Assembly (NCBI GenBank): GCA_965200315.1
Contig: OZ241362.1
Coordinates: 3,936,001 to 4,000,000, forward strand
Reading direction: 5' to 3'
Length of the DNA: 64,000 nt
Origin: Candidatus Latescibacterota bacterium
Lineage (GTDB): Bacteria > Latescibacterota > UBA2968 > UBA8231
Shown: positions 52,111 through 62,527 of the stretch, piece by piece
How the letters are laid out: each line of letters opens with the position of its first letter
Position numbering within the stretch: the stretch's first letter is position 1
Program-made: the position numbers and the translations under genes
Notes under the pieces: model-generated
Seen by the model: the letters and a program-made list of their open reading frames with translations, nothing else
Databases searched by the model: none
Told to the model about the DNA's origin: nothing

Positions 52111-54693
52111 ATGACTAAACATTCTACACATATCCATCGCTTTGTCGGCCTCTTCATTTTCGTCTTGACCTTGGGCGTATATGTCAAGACCCTCGCGCCA
52201 ACTGTGTCGTTTTGGGACTGCGGTGAGTTCATCGCCACGTCCTATATCCTCGGCGTACCCCATCCTCCGGGCGCTCCGTTGTACGTGCTGTTGGGACGAG
52301 TATTTACCTTGTTTCCCTTCGGCGACGTCGCCATCCGCGTCAACTTCATGTCCGCGCTGACGTCCGCGCTGGCGATTTGGTGCGTCTATCTATCGACCGT
52401 CGCGCTTGGGCGGCGGGCGTTGGGCGGCCAGCCCCTGCAACCGCTGGGCGACGCCCGCGACATCGGCGTCCTCGCCGGTGGGGCCGTGGCCGCGCTGACG
52501 TTGGCGTTTTCCTACACCCAGTGGTACAACGCCTCCGAAGCCGAGGTGTACGGCTACTCCATCTTGTTTACGTGTCTGGGGCTGTGGCTGATTTTCTATT
52601 GGGAAGGCAGCGGCGCCGGGGCGGCCAACGACCGCTGGCTGTTGGTGCTGGCCTATTTGTTCGGCCTCGGCGGCGGCGTACACCTGTTGTGCTTATTGAC
52701 GATTCCATCGCTTATGCTGCTGGCGTGGTTTGCCGACCGCGAGCTGCGGCGGTTCATCGTGGTACTGATCGTATGGGGCGCACTTGCGCTCCTGACGATA
52801 GCAGGGATGGGGCCGGGCGTAGGGTCAAATGTAGCGATAGTGATAGAAGGGCTGGCGCTGCTCTATTTCCTGCGGCAGAGCGACCCTCATAAGCAGCGGC
52901 TGTTTTTCCTGCTGCTAGGCGTCCTCGTGCTGTTCGCGCTGGGCTATTCCACCTATGGCGCACTGTACATTCGCTCTGGCCTGAACCCAGCTATCGACGA
53001 AAACGATCCAGAGACCTGGTTGGCCTTCCTCAAGTTCCTCAACCGCGAGCAATACGGCACCGAGAGCATGCTTACTACCATGCTGACGGCGCGGGCGAGC
53101 CGCACCTATCAGTTCTGGGATCAGCAGATGAAATACTTCTTTCAGCAGTTTCCCTTTCCGCTTTTGGAGCGGGTCGAGGTGTTCCGCAAGGCCACCATAA
53201 ATATGCCGGATCCAGTGTCCATTTCGCTAGTGCCGTACGGGCTGGGGCTGTGGGGGCTGTTTTGGCACGGGCGGCGGGACTGGCCGCGGTTTGGGGGCGT
53301 GTTGCTGCTGTTTTTGATTATGGGGTTTGGGCTGTCGCTATACCTGAACATGCCCGACCCGCAGCCGCGCGAGCGACACTACGTGTTCGGCGGGATGTAC
53401 TTGGCGTTCGCGCTGTGGATCGGGTTGGGCTGGCTGGGCATAGTCGAGTCAGTGCGGCAGCAGTGGGGAAAGCACCGGGCGGTCGTGCTAACCGTGGCCG
53501 CGGCGGGGTTGTTGCTGCCGGCCGGAGTGGCCGCACGGCTCTATCACGTGCAAGACCGCACCGGCGACTTTATCGCCTATGATTACGCGTACAATATGCT
53601 GGCTAGTTGCGACGAAGGCTCCATCCTATTCACCAACGGGGACAACGACACCTTTCCGCTGTGGTTCTTGCAAGAAGTAGAAGGATTGCGGCGCGATGTG
53701 CGGGTAGTCAACTTGAGCTTGTTGAACACCAACTGGTACATCAAGCAACTGCGCGACCGCGAGCCGCGCATCGACATCCGCTACACCGACGACTTCATCG
53801 ACTCAGTGCTCACCGACACGCAGATGGTTGATTTCTACAAGCGGTACTGGCCCGAACCCAAAGTGCCGCCGGAGCTAAAGAAACTGGGAATCGACGTGGA
53901 AGTGAGCGCACCTCCTGAGTACCCAATTCTCCGCGTCCAAGACGTCATGGTCATCAAAATTCTGGCTTGGAACGAGTGGAAAAAACCCATCCATTTTGCC
54001 ATCACCGTTCCCACCAGCAACCTGCTCAACCTCGACCCCTATTTGACCATGGTCGGCATGAGCGTAAAAGTCTCGCCCGAACCTACAGACGGCGTCGATG
54101 ACGCGGCCCTAGAGCGCAATCTGCTCAAAAACTATCGCTTCCGCGGCCTCACCGATCCGTCTTTATACAAGGACGAAAACTCCGAGCGCCTCTTGGGCAA
54201 CTACTGGGCTTGCGTCTTGCAATTGGCCCGCAGCTACGAGGATCAGGAGCGCAGCGCCGAGGTGCCGCAGCTCATGCAGTGGGCGCGGGACAACATCTAC
54301 ATGAGTTGGGAAAACCACTATGCGGCGGCCGATTACTTCAGCGAACTCGGCCAGCACGCCATCTCAATCGAGCACATCCACGACGCCGTGCAGTTCCTCA
54401 TCGAGCGCGTCGATGTTGAGCCAGCCGCCACCTACGACAATATCATCGCCCTGACCGGCGTGCTGATCCAAGAACCCTACTCGGCCTACGACCGCGCCGT
54501 GGGCCTCTATCACCAAGCCATCGCCCTCGCACCGAAACGCTGGGAGGGCTACTACGAGTTGGCTGCCGCCCTCCAAGCCAAGGGCGATGTTGCCGGGGCA
54601 CTCGCTGTTCTCCAGCAATACAAAGAGCAGCACGGCGAGCGGCCAGAGTTGGTCGAGGCCGAGGGTATCCTCCGCCAATCCACCACTCCATGA
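52111..54693 (+). CDS. DUF2723 / TMEM260-like GT-C membrane glycosyltransferase with C-terminal TPR
   Basis: PTVSFWDCGEFIA...GVPHPPGAP, EAEVY, QPRERHY and FTNGDNDTFPLW; multiple TM helices. Confidence 0.9.
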   Translation: MTKHSTHIHRFVGLFIFVLTLGVYVKTLAPTVSFWDCGEFIATSYILGVPHPPGAPLYVLLGRVFTLFPFGDVAIRVNFMSALTSALAIWCVYLSTVALGRRALGGQPLQPLGDARDIGVLAGGAVAALTLAFSYTQWYNASEAEVYGYSILFTCLGLWLIFYWEGSGAGAANDRWLLVLAYLFGLGGGVHLLCLLTIPSLMLLAWFADRELRRFIVVLIVWGALALLTIAGMGPGVGSNVAIVIEGLALLYFLRQSDPHKQRLFFLLLGVLVLFALGYSTYGALYIRSGLNPAIDENDPETWLAFLKFLNREQYGTESMLTTMLTARASRTYQFWDQQMKYFFQQFPFPLLERVEVFRKATINMPDPVSISLVPYGLGLWGLFWHGRRDWPRFGGVLLLFLIMGFGLSLYLNMPDPQPRERHYVFGGMYLAFALWIGLGWLGIVESVRQQWGKHRAVVLTVAAAGLLLPAGVAARLYHVQDRTGDFIAYDYAYNMLASCDEGSILFTNGDNDTFPLWFLQEVEGLRRDVRVVNLSLLNTNWYIKQLRDREPRIDIRYTDDFIDSVLTDTQMVDFYKRYWPEPKVPPELKKLGIDVEVSAPPEYPILRVQDVMVIKILAWNEWKKPIHFAITVPTSNLLNLDPYLTMVGMSVKVSPEPTDGVDDAALERNLLKNYRFRGLTDPSLYKDENSERLLGNYWACVLQLARSYEDQERSAEVPQLMQWARDNIYMSWENHYAAADYFSELGQHAISIEHIHDAVQFLIERVDVEPAATYDNIIALTGVLIQEPYSAYDRAVGLYHQAIALAPKRWEGYYELAAALQAKGDVAGALAVLQQYKEQHGERPELVEAEGILRQSTTP

Positions 54694-55718
54694 CCGAGGC
54701 CGTAACCGTCGTCATCCCGCACTACCGAGCAGACGTGCTCTACGACTGCGTGGCCTCGATCTATGCACACAGCAATTGTCCCGTCCGTGTGCTCGTCGTT
54801 GACGATGGCGGTAACGCGCCTAGCTTGCAGCGGACCAAAGCCGCCTTTCCCGCGCTAGAGGTCTTGCCCAACGAGCGCAATCTCGGGTTTGCCGCAGCCT
54901 GCAACCGCGGCTTGGCGGCCGCCCACACCCGCTACGCTGTGCTGCTCAACGACGACACCCGCGTCGAGCCAAACTGGCTCGCCCCTCTCGTCGCCATGGC
55001 CGACAGCAACCCCCAGATCGCTGCCTGCCAGCCCAAGCTGCGCTCGGCCAGCGCGCCCGACCTCTTCGACTACGGAGGCGGGGCCGGCGGCTATATCGAC
55101 GCCTTGGGCTACGCCTTTTGCCGGGGGCGGCTCTTCGACCGCTGCGAGCGCGACGAGGGTCAATACGATGCGTCCGTCCCGCTCTTTTGGGCCTGCGGTG
55201 CCGCCCTTTTCCTCCGCGTTGCTGCGGCCCGCCAAGTCGGGTTTTTCGACCCCGAGTACTTCATGCACTTTGAAGAAATCGACTTGTGCTGGCGTCTCCA
55301 GCTCGCTGGCTACCAGATCCGCGCCGTGCCGCAATCCGTAGTTTTTCACCACTCGGGCCTTTCCCAGCCTCCGGCCACCTTCCGCAAGACGTACTTCAAC
55401 CACCGCAACAGCCTCATCACCCTGTGCAAAAACGAAGGGCTACGCCGCTTGCTGTGGCTGCTGCCCTTGCGCCTGTGGTTGGAGGTGATGGCCGTGCTCT
55501 ACTACCTTCGCCGCGGCCAGTGGTCCAGCGCCTTGGCCCCTTGTGTGGCCTTGCTTTGGTGCCTTGTACATCCGCGCAACATCTATTGCCGCCGCCGCCA
55601 AAGCCAAGCCATCCGCGGCGCAGCCGTCGCACGCGACGGCGTCTATGCGGGCAGCATCCTTTACCAGTACTTTGCTCGCCGCGTCCAGTGCACCTCCGCG
55701 CTCGTGCCCGAGCCATGA
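54690..55718 (+). CDS. Glycosyltransferase family 2
   Basis: VVDDG, NLGFAAACNRG, LLNDD and YFMHFEEIDLCWR. Confidence 0.92.
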   Translation: MTEAVTVVIPHYRADVLYDCVASIYAHSNCPVRVLVVDDGGNAPSLQRTKAAFPALEVLPNERNLGFAAACNRGLAAAHTRYAVLLNDDTRVEPNWLAPLVAMADSNPQIAACQPKLRSASAPDLFDYGGGAGGYIDALGYAFCRGRLFDRCERDEGQYDASVPLFWACGAALFLRVAAARQVGFFDPEYFMHFEEIDLCWRLQLAGYQIRAVPQSVVFHHSGLSQPPATFRKTYFNHRNSLITLCKNEGLRRLLWLLPLRLWLEVMAVLYYLRRGQWSSALAPCVALLWCLVHPRNIYCRRRQSQAIRGAAVARDGVYAGSILYQYFARRVQCTSALVPEP

Positions 55719-56872
55719 GTCGCGTCGCCCTCGGCTGCGAACGCCTGCTCGCGCAAGCCGACCTGATCCGCAATCGGCGCGTCGGCCTGATTACTAATCA
55801 CTCGGGCGTCGATGCACGTCTGCAATCCACCGCCGACCGCCTGCACCAATCCGATCTCTGTACGCTCGTCGCCTTGTACGGGCCGGAGCACGGAATTCGC
55901 GGCATCGCGCAGGATGGCGAACACATCGCCCATTCTACCGATGAGCGCACCGGCGTGCCAACCTATAGCCTCTATGGGCAAGCGCGAGCACCGGACGAGG
56001 CCATGCTCGCTGGCGTCGAACTGATGCTCTTTGACATCCAAGACGTCGGCGCACGCTTTTACACCTATCTCTACACCATGAGCCTGAGCATGGCCGCCTG
56101 CGCCCAAGCGGGCATTCCCTTCCTCGTCCTCGACCGCCCCAATCCCATTGGCGGCCAAGCCATCGCCGGAAATTGTCTCGACCCGGCGTTTGCCTCTTTC
56201 GTCGGGCAGTACCCAATTCCGGTGCGCTACGGCCTGACCATCGGCGAACTCGCCCGGCTCTTCAACGAGGAATACGGAATCGGCGCGGACCTGCACGTCG
56301 TTGCCATGGAGGGCTGGCAACGCTCCTTGTACTGGGAGGACACCGGCCTGCCGTGGGTGCCGCCGTCGCCCAACATGCCCAGCCCAGAGACCGCGGTGAT
56401 CTATCCGGGAACCTGCTTCTTTGAGGGGACCAACGTGTCTGAAGGACGGGGGACGGCCAAGCCTTTTGAGCAGTTTGGCGCGCCGTTTATCAACGGGGCG
56501 CGCCTAGCCGATGCGCTCAATAGCCGAGCGCTGCCCGGGGTGGGCTTCCGCCCGGTGTTTTTCCAGCCGACAGCCAGCAAGTACGCGGGCGAAATTTGCG
56601 AGGGCGTCCAAGTCCACGTCCTCGATCGCACGGCCTTTGAGCCTGTCGGCGTTGGCTTTGAGGCACTCGCGGCCGTGCGTCGGCTCTATTCGCACGAATT
56701 CGCTTGGCGTGTGCCGGCCGGTGGCGTCCACAACTTCGACCGCCTCGCTGGCACCGACCAAATCCGCTATGCACTCGACGCGGGCGCAGAAGTTGCCGAG
56801 TTGCTGGCCGTTTGGGACGAGGCGTGCCAAGCCTTTGACGCTATTCGCCGCCGCCACTTGGTGTATCCTTAG
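55715..56872 (+). CDS. namZ: Exo-beta-N-acetylmuramidase NamZ (DUF1343)
   Basis: VGLITNHSG, PEHGIRG, FDIQDVGARFYTY, LDRPNP, PSPNMP and SEGRGT; ATG at 55715 overlaps the GT2 stop. Confidence 0.9.
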   Translation: MSRVALGCERLLAQADLIRNRRVGLITNHSGVDARLQSTADRLHQSDLCTLVALYGPEHGIRGIAQDGEHIAHSTDERTGVPTYSLYGQARAPDEAMLAGVELMLFDIQDVGARFYTYLYTMSLSMAACAQAGIPFLVLDRPNPIGGQAIAGNCLDPAFASFVGQYPIPVRYGLTIGELARLFNEEYGIGADLHVVAMEGWQRSLYWEDTGLPWVPPSPNMPSPETAVIYPGTCFFEGTNVSEGRGTAKPFEQFGAPFINGARLADALNSRALPGVGFRPVFFQPTASKYAGEICEGVQVHVLDRTAFEPVGVGFEALAAVRRLYSHEFAWRVPAGGVHNFDRLAGTDQIRYALDAGAEVAELLAVWDEACQAFDAIRRRHLVYP

Positions 56873-56940
56873 GCAAGGTTGTCTCGCCGCGTGATCTTTG
56901 TTATCGTTCACCGCGGCACTCGCTACCCCTGATACCTGTC

Positions 56941-57531
56941 ATGCCCGCACCGCTCCAAATCGGCACCCTGTTGGTGGCTACGCCCACACTCGAATCGGTC
57001 GCCTTTGACCGTGCGGTCGTGCTCATTACCCACTACAGCGAAACAGATACCACTATGGGCTTGGTGATCAACCAGCCCCTCGGCCAGCGGATCCGGCGCT
57101 ATGCGGCTGAATCCCTGCAACAGCTCGCAGGAGGCGAAGATGTATGTGCGGAGTTAGGGCGGATATTCTATCAGGGGGGGCCGGTACATCAGCACTATCT
57201 TTTCTTTTTGCACCGACTCGACGGCTTGGTCGAAGGGGGGACGAAAATCCTCGACGGCCTCTATTTGGGCGGCAATCTCGATACCACGTACGCTGAGGCT
57301 GAGGTACTCCGGCCCGATGCGCCGCGGCTGCGGTTCTACTTGGGCTATGCCGGCTGGGAGCCGGGCCAACTCGAATCCGAGATTAGTGCTGGCACTTGGT
57401 TTTTGGCCCCAGGCGAGCCCGAGATAGTCCTCGCGTCCACGCCCGAAACCATCTGGCAAACCGCGGTGTATTCCTTGGGGGGCAAATATCGCCCCATCTC
57501 GGTATTTCCCGAAGACCCTTCCGTCAATTAA
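56941..57531 (+). CDS. YqgE/AlgH family protein (DUF179)
   Basis: LLVATP, FDRAVVL, GLVINQP, GGPV and GYAGWEPGQLESEI. Confidence 0.92.
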   Translation: MPAPLQIGTLLVATPTLESVAFDRAVVLITHYSETDTTMGLVINQPLGQRIRRYAAESLQQLAGGEDVCAELGRIFYQGGPVHQHYLFFLHRLDGLVEGGTKILDGLYLGGNLDTTYAEAEVLRPDAPRLRFYLGYAGWEPGQLESEISAGTWFLAPGEPEIVLASTPETIWQTAVYSLGGKYRPISVFPEDPSVN

Positions 57532-58515
57532 TCAACACACCATGCCCCGCTTGGCGCGGATGCCGTGCGCGGGCGGATCGTCGCCGATCCAGCGGTCATC
57601 TATTGGCTCGTGGGAACGCTGGTAGCGCGTATCAGAAGACAGGCGAATGCAGTCCGTTTGGTTGTCTGAGCTGGCGTGCAACAGGTACATGCAGAAGACC
57701 AGCAAATCCCCCATCTGGTACTCGGCTGTCAGCCAGCGGCCCTGTAGCTCTTCGCGCACGGCAATCGCGTCGTGCGAGTAGGCCCCGGACGAGTTCCAGC
57801 GAATTTGCGTGCGTTCTTCTGGTGTCAGTTCGCGGGCCTGCTGCTGGGCAGCCGCGACGATTTGGCGTGCGGTAGGGCCGTCGTTTTCGCAAAACGCATC
57901 CACATCGGTCTGGCCGTAGCCTTGTTTCAGGGCTTCGTTCTTGTGCGACCCCTCTAACACCATTAGCCCCCCCATCTCGTAGGGCACATCGCTGAAGGGC
58001 GTCCACGACGTATAGAGCACTTTGGTGCCGCGGCCCATGTAGACGATGTCGCAATGCGGGGTCGTGGCCGTGTGCGTACCCGGCTGCTTAGCGCGGAACC
58101 AAGTGTAGTCGTAGTGCCTAACCGGGCCGCCTAAGAAGAATTCGTAAAAGTCCATCATCGGGCCATCGTAGAGGACCTGGTCCAGCGGCGGGTTGTTGTG
58201 CGCTAAAACGGGCATAAACGGGCCCGTGGCCGCCGGATTAATTTTCTTGCCCGTGGCCACGACGCCTTCCATGGGCGGTCGCGTTGGGTCTAGCACCCCG
58301 GACTTGCAGAGGCGATCGCACAATTCGGCCCGCGCCGCCAACACCTCGCGCCGATCCAAATACCCCGGCAAAAACAAATATCCCTCTTCTTCCATCCGCT
58401 CCCAAAGCGCGTCTCGATCGTCGATTATATCATCCGAGCGGCGGAGCTGGCCCACTTGATCCATCGCGATCGGCTTGCCGCTGTATGTGAGTTGAGGTAT
58501 AGCTGCCGTAGTCAT
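57532..58515 (-). CDS. Phytanoyl-CoA dioxygenase family protein
   Basis: EEGYLFL, PHCD (HxD), GGLMVLEGSH, GDLLVF..LLHAS and RLSSDTRY. Confidence 0.9.
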   Translation of the reverse strand: MTTAAIPQLTYSGKPIAMDQVGQLRRSDDIIDDRDALWERMEEEGYLFLPGYLDRREVLAARAELCDRLCKSGVLDPTRPPMEGVVATGKKINPAATGPFMPVLAHNNPPLDQVLYDGPMMDFYEFFLGGPVRHYDYTWFRAKQPGTHTATTPHCDIVYMGRGTKVLYTSWTPFSDVPYEMGGLMVLEGSHKNEALKQGYGQTDVDAFCENDGPTARQIVAAAQQQARELTPEERTQIRWNSSGAYSHDAIAVREELQGRWLTAEYQMGDLLVFCMYLLHASSDNQTDCIRLSSDTRYQRSHEPIDDRWIGDDPPAHGIRAKRGMVC

Positions 58516-58634
58516 AGGTCGTCCTTTCTATATCTAAAATTACGCTACTACCCCTCGTAAGGAAACACCCGTTGACCGAAAGAAAGGGCGGAGTAACCTC
58601 CCCCTTTGCTCGAATGGGAAATGCAACATCTTGA

Positions 58635-58663
58635 TTGACCTAACGTGCCTTAACTATTACATT
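58635..58663 (+). promoter_or_regulatory. Putative sigma70 promoter of the carboxypeptidase gene
   Basis: TTGACC, 17-bp spacer, TACATT. Confidence 0.55.
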
Positions 58664-58711
58664 TAGACCCATCCCCCACAATCCCTATTGGCTTTTTGAG
58701 CGAGAGAAATA

Positions 58712-59842
58712 ATGTACATTCGTTCGCTATGTGTTGCTGTATGTTTGTCTTGGGTACCGCTTCAAGCTGCCGACTTTGACCCCGGCCCGAAGCCACCGTA
58801 TGCCACCGCCATTTTGCTCGAGGCCGAAAGCGGTACCGTCCTTTTTGCCCATCACCCAGATAGACAACGCTCGCCGGCCAGCACCCAAAAGCTGGTGCTC
58901 GAACTCGTGGTCTTGGAATTGGTCAAGGCTGGCAAGATTTCGCTAGAGGACTCGGTCTGGGTCTCTCGTCGCGCTGCGCGCACCGGCGGCTCTCAGGTTT
59001 TCTTGAGGAAGGGCGAGGTCTTTACGCTGGGGAAACTGATGGAGGCGGTGGCCATTTCTTCAGCCAACGATGCCTGCGTTGCCATTGCCGAGCACATCAG
59101 CGGCTCGACTGCTGGCTTTGTCGAACTTATGAACGATCGCGCCCAAAGCCTCGGGATGCACGACACGCGTGTTGTCAATGTTCACGGCCTCGACAACACT
59201 CCACGCGGCAAGGGCAACCTAAGCACGGCCCGCGACCTCTCCAAAATCGCCCGCGAGCTCATCTTCGCCCACCCGGAGGCCCTGCAATGGTCATCCACCC
59301 GCCGCAAGCCCTTCCGCAACGGCAAGTTTACGCTTCGCGCCACCAACAAGCTGCTGGGGCGGTTCCAAGGGCTTGACGGGCTAAAAACCGGCTATACGCG
59401 GCGCGCCGGCTCCTGTCTCGTTTCCACGGCCATGCGCCACGACATGCGCCTAATCTCTGTGATCTTGGGGGCCTCCTCTACGAACATCCGCAACCGGGAG
59501 ACTCGCCGCCTGCTAACTTGGGGCTTTGATAACTTCTCGCGCGTACCCATCGTCGAAACCGGCGAGCTGATGGGTAAAATCGTGCTCGACTGGGGAATAG
59601 AGCCAGAGGTGCGCGTCTTGGCCCAAGACACCGTAGTTGCCGTGCTCACCTCCGAACAGAAGGAGCAAATCGTCCGCCACTTAGAGCTACCCGAGGAACT
59701 TCCAGCACCAGTCGCTGCCGGCACTGAACTGGGCAAGCTGCGGGTCTCGCTGGGCGACAGCCTACTGGCCGTGGTGCCCATCCACGCCGAAAAGAGCATC
59801 GGCCGCATGGGGCTGTGGGACAAGCTGATGACGTATTTTTAA
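58712..59842 (+). CDS. dacA: D-alanyl-D-alanine carboxypeptidase (S11, PBP5/6)
   Basis: Signal peptide; STQK (SxxK), SAN and KTG motifs; PBP5 C-terminal domain. Confidence 0.92.
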   Translation: MYIRSLCVAVCLSWVPLQAADFDPGPKPPYATAILLEAESGTVLFAHHPDRQRSPASTQKLVLELVVLELVKAGKISLEDSVWVSRRAARTGGSQVFLRKGEVFTLGKLMEAVAISSANDACVAIAEHISGSTAGFVELMNDRAQSLGMHDTRVVNVHGLDNTPRGKGNLSTARDLSKIARELIFAHPEALQWSSTRRKPFRNGKFTLRATNKLLGRFQGLDGLKTGYTRRAGSCLVSTAMRHDMRLISVILGASSTNIRNRETRRLLTWGFDNFSRVPIVETGELMGKIVLDWGIEPEVRVLAQDTVVAVLTSEQKEQIVRHLELPEELPAPVAAGTELGKLRVSLGDSLLAVVPIHAEKSIGRMGLWDKLMTYF

Positions 59843-59848
59843 GCGCGG

Positions 59849-60274
59849 CTATTTGTGGTACCGCCCGCCGCTTAAAATGTCAAAGGACCGATACAAGGCT
59901 TCCAACAACAGCAGACGCGCTAGCTGATGAGAAAAAGTCAGCGGCGACAGCGACCACTGCTCTCGTATTTGAGATTCTACCCCCGCCGGCATTCCCTCAG
60001 CCTCTCCTATTGCCAGCACTAGATGTGAGCTTTGGTTCATCAGCCGCTGGAGCCGTTGCGCCAACTGCTCAGAAGTAAACGGCTCTCCTTCCACGTACAG
60101 CCCGACGACATAGGTCCCTTTCAACAGCCGGTCCGCCAAGCCGCCCCGCGCCTTGCCTCGGCAGAGCGCGACCCGTGCCTGCCGCGAGAGCCGCTTGATA
60201 TACTCCTGCTCGGCGGCTTCTAGTACTGGGTTGCGGTGTTTCTCGTAGGAGACAATGCTGATCTGCATCGGCAC
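59849..60274 (-). CDS. rlmH: 23S rRNA (pseudouridine1915-N3)-methyltransferase
   Basis: EYIKRL, SEQLA and SLSPLTFSHQLARLLLLEALYRS...YHK; the start may be the ATG at 60268. Confidence 0.88.
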   Translation of the reverse strand: MPMQISIVSYEKHRNPVLEAAEQEYIKRLSRQARVALCRGKARGGLADRLLKGTYVVGLYVEGEPFTSEQLAQRLQRLMNQSSHLVLAIGEAEGMPAGVESQIREQWSLSPLTFSHQLARLLLLEALYRSFDILSGGRYHK

Positions 60275-61326
60275 TAGTAGTGATCTGGCGCAATCGACAA
60301 GGCCCGGTTCTCCAGCGGCAAGGCCACTCGCGCCCCACCCTGCCGATGCGACTCGACAATCGCGAAAATTAGCTCTTGGCTGCGACAGGCGAGGGGCAGA
60401 TTGCCTTGGGTTTCGCCGTCCTCGTCGAGTGCCCGGACGATGTCCTCCATCCCGCGCAGGGTGCCGCTCTCAACGATAGCCTCGGGCGCACCCACCGGGC
60501 GCAATTCCCCGTGTTCGTCTTTCTTGCGCAGGCTATAGCCCATCCCATTGCTCAGGGTGCGTAGCGTACCCTCGGTGCCGCTAATTTCCAATTCCCAGCC
60601 GGGCGCGCCCACCAAATAGGCGTGGACCTCGTTTTTGAACTTTACGTATCCATTGCTGATCCTCGGATCTATAGTCAACCGGTCTCCCTCCCAATCCGCA
60701 GCCTCTGCCTGTACCGTCCCCTGCGCGAATTCCGCCTCCGAGTCCAGCGCGAAAAAGAGCATCATGTCGGCCGCGTGTGTGTGCCCCCATTGCGCCACGC
60801 TGATCCCGCAGTTTGCCACAACCGCCTGCACCTCGCCGATGTCACCGCGCTCGATCATGGCGCGTGCATCGCGGTAGAGCGCGGCATAACGCCGCTGCGT
60901 ACCGTAGTTGAATTTGACGCCTCGCGGCATGCAGGCTTGCAGCATGGCGTCCATCTCGTGTACGGCGTTGCACAGCGACTTCTCGCAATAGATGCCTTTG
61001 ACGCCAGCTTCGGCAGCGAAAATCACCTGCTCGGCGTGCGGCCCCGGCCGGGTGGCAATGCTAACTACGTCGAGGTTTTCGCGCTCGATCATTTCCCTGT
61101 AGTCGGCGTACGCTCGTTGGGCACCGTAGCGGTCGCGGATGCGTTCGGCCTTCTCCTCAATCGGGTCGCAGACGGCGACCAGTTCCATCCGCTCGCAGGA
61201 GACGATTGCCGCGGCGTGCGAATACGGCAGAAAGAGCTGGGCATTGGGGCCGCCTTTGACTTCGTCGTCAATGGTGGCACCCATGCGCCCGCAGCCGATC
61301 AGTCCAACTCGATAGATAGTGGGCAT
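60274..61326 (-). CDS. Gfo/Idh/MocA family oxidoreductase
   Basis: VGLIGCGRMG, GIYCEKS and GTHAAD. Confidence 0.88.
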   Translation of the reverse strand: MPTIYRVGLIGCGRMGATIDDEVKGGPNAQLFLPYSHAAAIVSCERMELVAVCDPIEEKAERIRDRYGAQRAYADYREMIERENLDVVSIATRPGPHAEQVIFAAEAGVKGIYCEKSLCNAVHEMDAMLQACMPRGVKFNYGTQRRYAALYRDARAMIERGDIGEVQAVVANCGISVAQWGHTHAADMMLFFALDSEAEFAQGTVQAEAADWEGDRLTIDPRISNGYVKFKNEVHAYLVGAPGWELEISGTEGTLRTLSNGMGYSLRKKDEHGELRPVGAPEAIVESGTLRGMEDIVRALDEDGETQGNLPLACRSQELIFAIVESHRQGGARVALPLENRALSIAPDHY

Positions 61327-61349
61327 TTTGCTCTCCTCTTTGCGCCATG

Positions 61350-61378
61350 TTGACGCAGTTGGTATGCTGGAATATATT
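61350..61378 (+). promoter_or_regulatory. Sigma70 promoter of tRNA-Val
   Basis: TTGACG (61350-61355), 17-bp spacer, TATATT (61373-61378). Confidence 0.7.
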
Positions 61379-61407
61379 ATTGACCCGTCTGTAATTAGAC
61401 AACACGA

Positions 61408-61484
61408 GGGCGATTAGCTCAGCTGGCTAGAGCGCCTGCTTGACATGCAGGAGGTCACTAGTTCAAGTCTAGTATCGCCCACCA
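61408..61484 (+). tRNA. tRNA-Val (GAC)
   Basis: GGGCGAT/ATCGCCC acceptor stem, D-arm AGCTCAGCTGGCTAGAGC, anticodon arm CCTGC-TTGACAT-GCAGG, T-loop GTTCAAG, encoded CCA; 77 nt. Confidence 0.97.
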
Positions 61485-61490
61485 TCTTCT

Positions 61491-61523
61491 AAGCCCCTGA
61501 TTTTTCAGGGGCTTTCTTTTTAT
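61491..61523 (+). terminator. Rho-independent terminator after tRNA-Val
   Basis: AAGCCCCTGA-TTTT-TCAGGGGCTT hairpin followed by TCTTTTT. Confidence 0.85.
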
Positions 61524-61821
61524 TCCCTATCAGAGCGTAGATTTGGCGATCAGCAAGCAAGCATTTATAGAAGCCTCCAAGGCAAAGCCGACCTTTACTG
61601 CTGAGCAGGGAGCAGTGGCTGGATGACTTGGAAAGTGGATTAAAAAGCCTTGTGGATTCCTGAGGTTCGGGGGCGCATAAACGTGGAACTCCGTCCCAAA
61701 CTGACTTCTAAGAGTCAAATGTCATTCTTCGCGTAACAAGCAGTTACAACTGCGCCACATACGCGGCTTGTCCCTGCGGGCAACCTGCTTCGCAGGTTCA
61801 GTAACTGCAAGACAATGTCTG

Positions 61822-62184
61822 ATGAAGCAGAAACAACATGAGCCTAAGAAAGTGGCGATTTTGGCCTTCGCCGTGCTGTGTGGGATTGCAGGGTTTTGCA
61901 GCCATGGGGCGGCCCAAGAAAATTGGTGGCGGCTCGGAGGAGAGAGCAGCGTTTCTTGGACGGAAGTAGCGGATTTCAGCCTGATGACGGACGACTCGAC
62001 CGCCGCCGGGGCACTCCAGCCTTTAGAACTCAAGCCGGGACAGCGAGGATCCGTGAACATCTACGGACTTGATTCTCTTGATTCTCTACATCTGCTAACA
62101 ACCTGTCGCCGCTGCGCCGCCTACGGCAACCTAGCTGGTGTTAGGTCCGGCAACAGGCAAAACGTTAAAAGACAGCAAGAATGA
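61822..62184 (+). pseudogene. N-terminal fragment of a secreted protein
   Basis: Signal peptide (VAILAFAVLCGIAGFCSHGAA-QE) and a plausible mature start WWRLGG...SW...GALQPLEL, then the sequence degenerates. Confidence 0.45.
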
Positions 62185-62527
62185 GCAACTCCATCGCCGA
62201 GTGTTCAGTGGCCTATTCCGACGAATCCTCAACCTATTGACTGAGATATCGGGAGAGCCCAAAGCAAGCGATCAGACTATGGATGTCTGCTGAGCACCCA
62301 CGGTTCTGGCCATTCGGCCTCCACACAATCTACCTGCGGCAGGTTCGTGGGTGCCGGAAACGATATATGAAATGAAAAAAAATAATCGCCCCTCGCTGGC
62401 CAAGCGGCCCTGTCGCTTTTGCCGGTGCAAAAACAGCATACTCCACTTCCATAAAATCTCAATAGCACTCATTCTGAGCTTTCCCCTACTGGGGGAATCG
62501 ACGACGAAGTTGAGCAAAGGAGCGATC

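Noticed and set aside
55286-55714. N-terminal extension of the 528-aa ORF (and likewise 49356-49595, 25822-25893 and 8716-8832)
   Set aside because: The extensions overlap upstream genes and look like low-complexity off-frame translation. The true starts are at the downstream ATGs with stop overlaps or an RBS.
58583-58608. Hairpin AAAGGGCGGAG-TAAC-CTCCCCCTTT as a riboswitch or ncRNA
   Set aside because: It is a single imperfect stem between divergent genes with no recognisable aptamer consensus.
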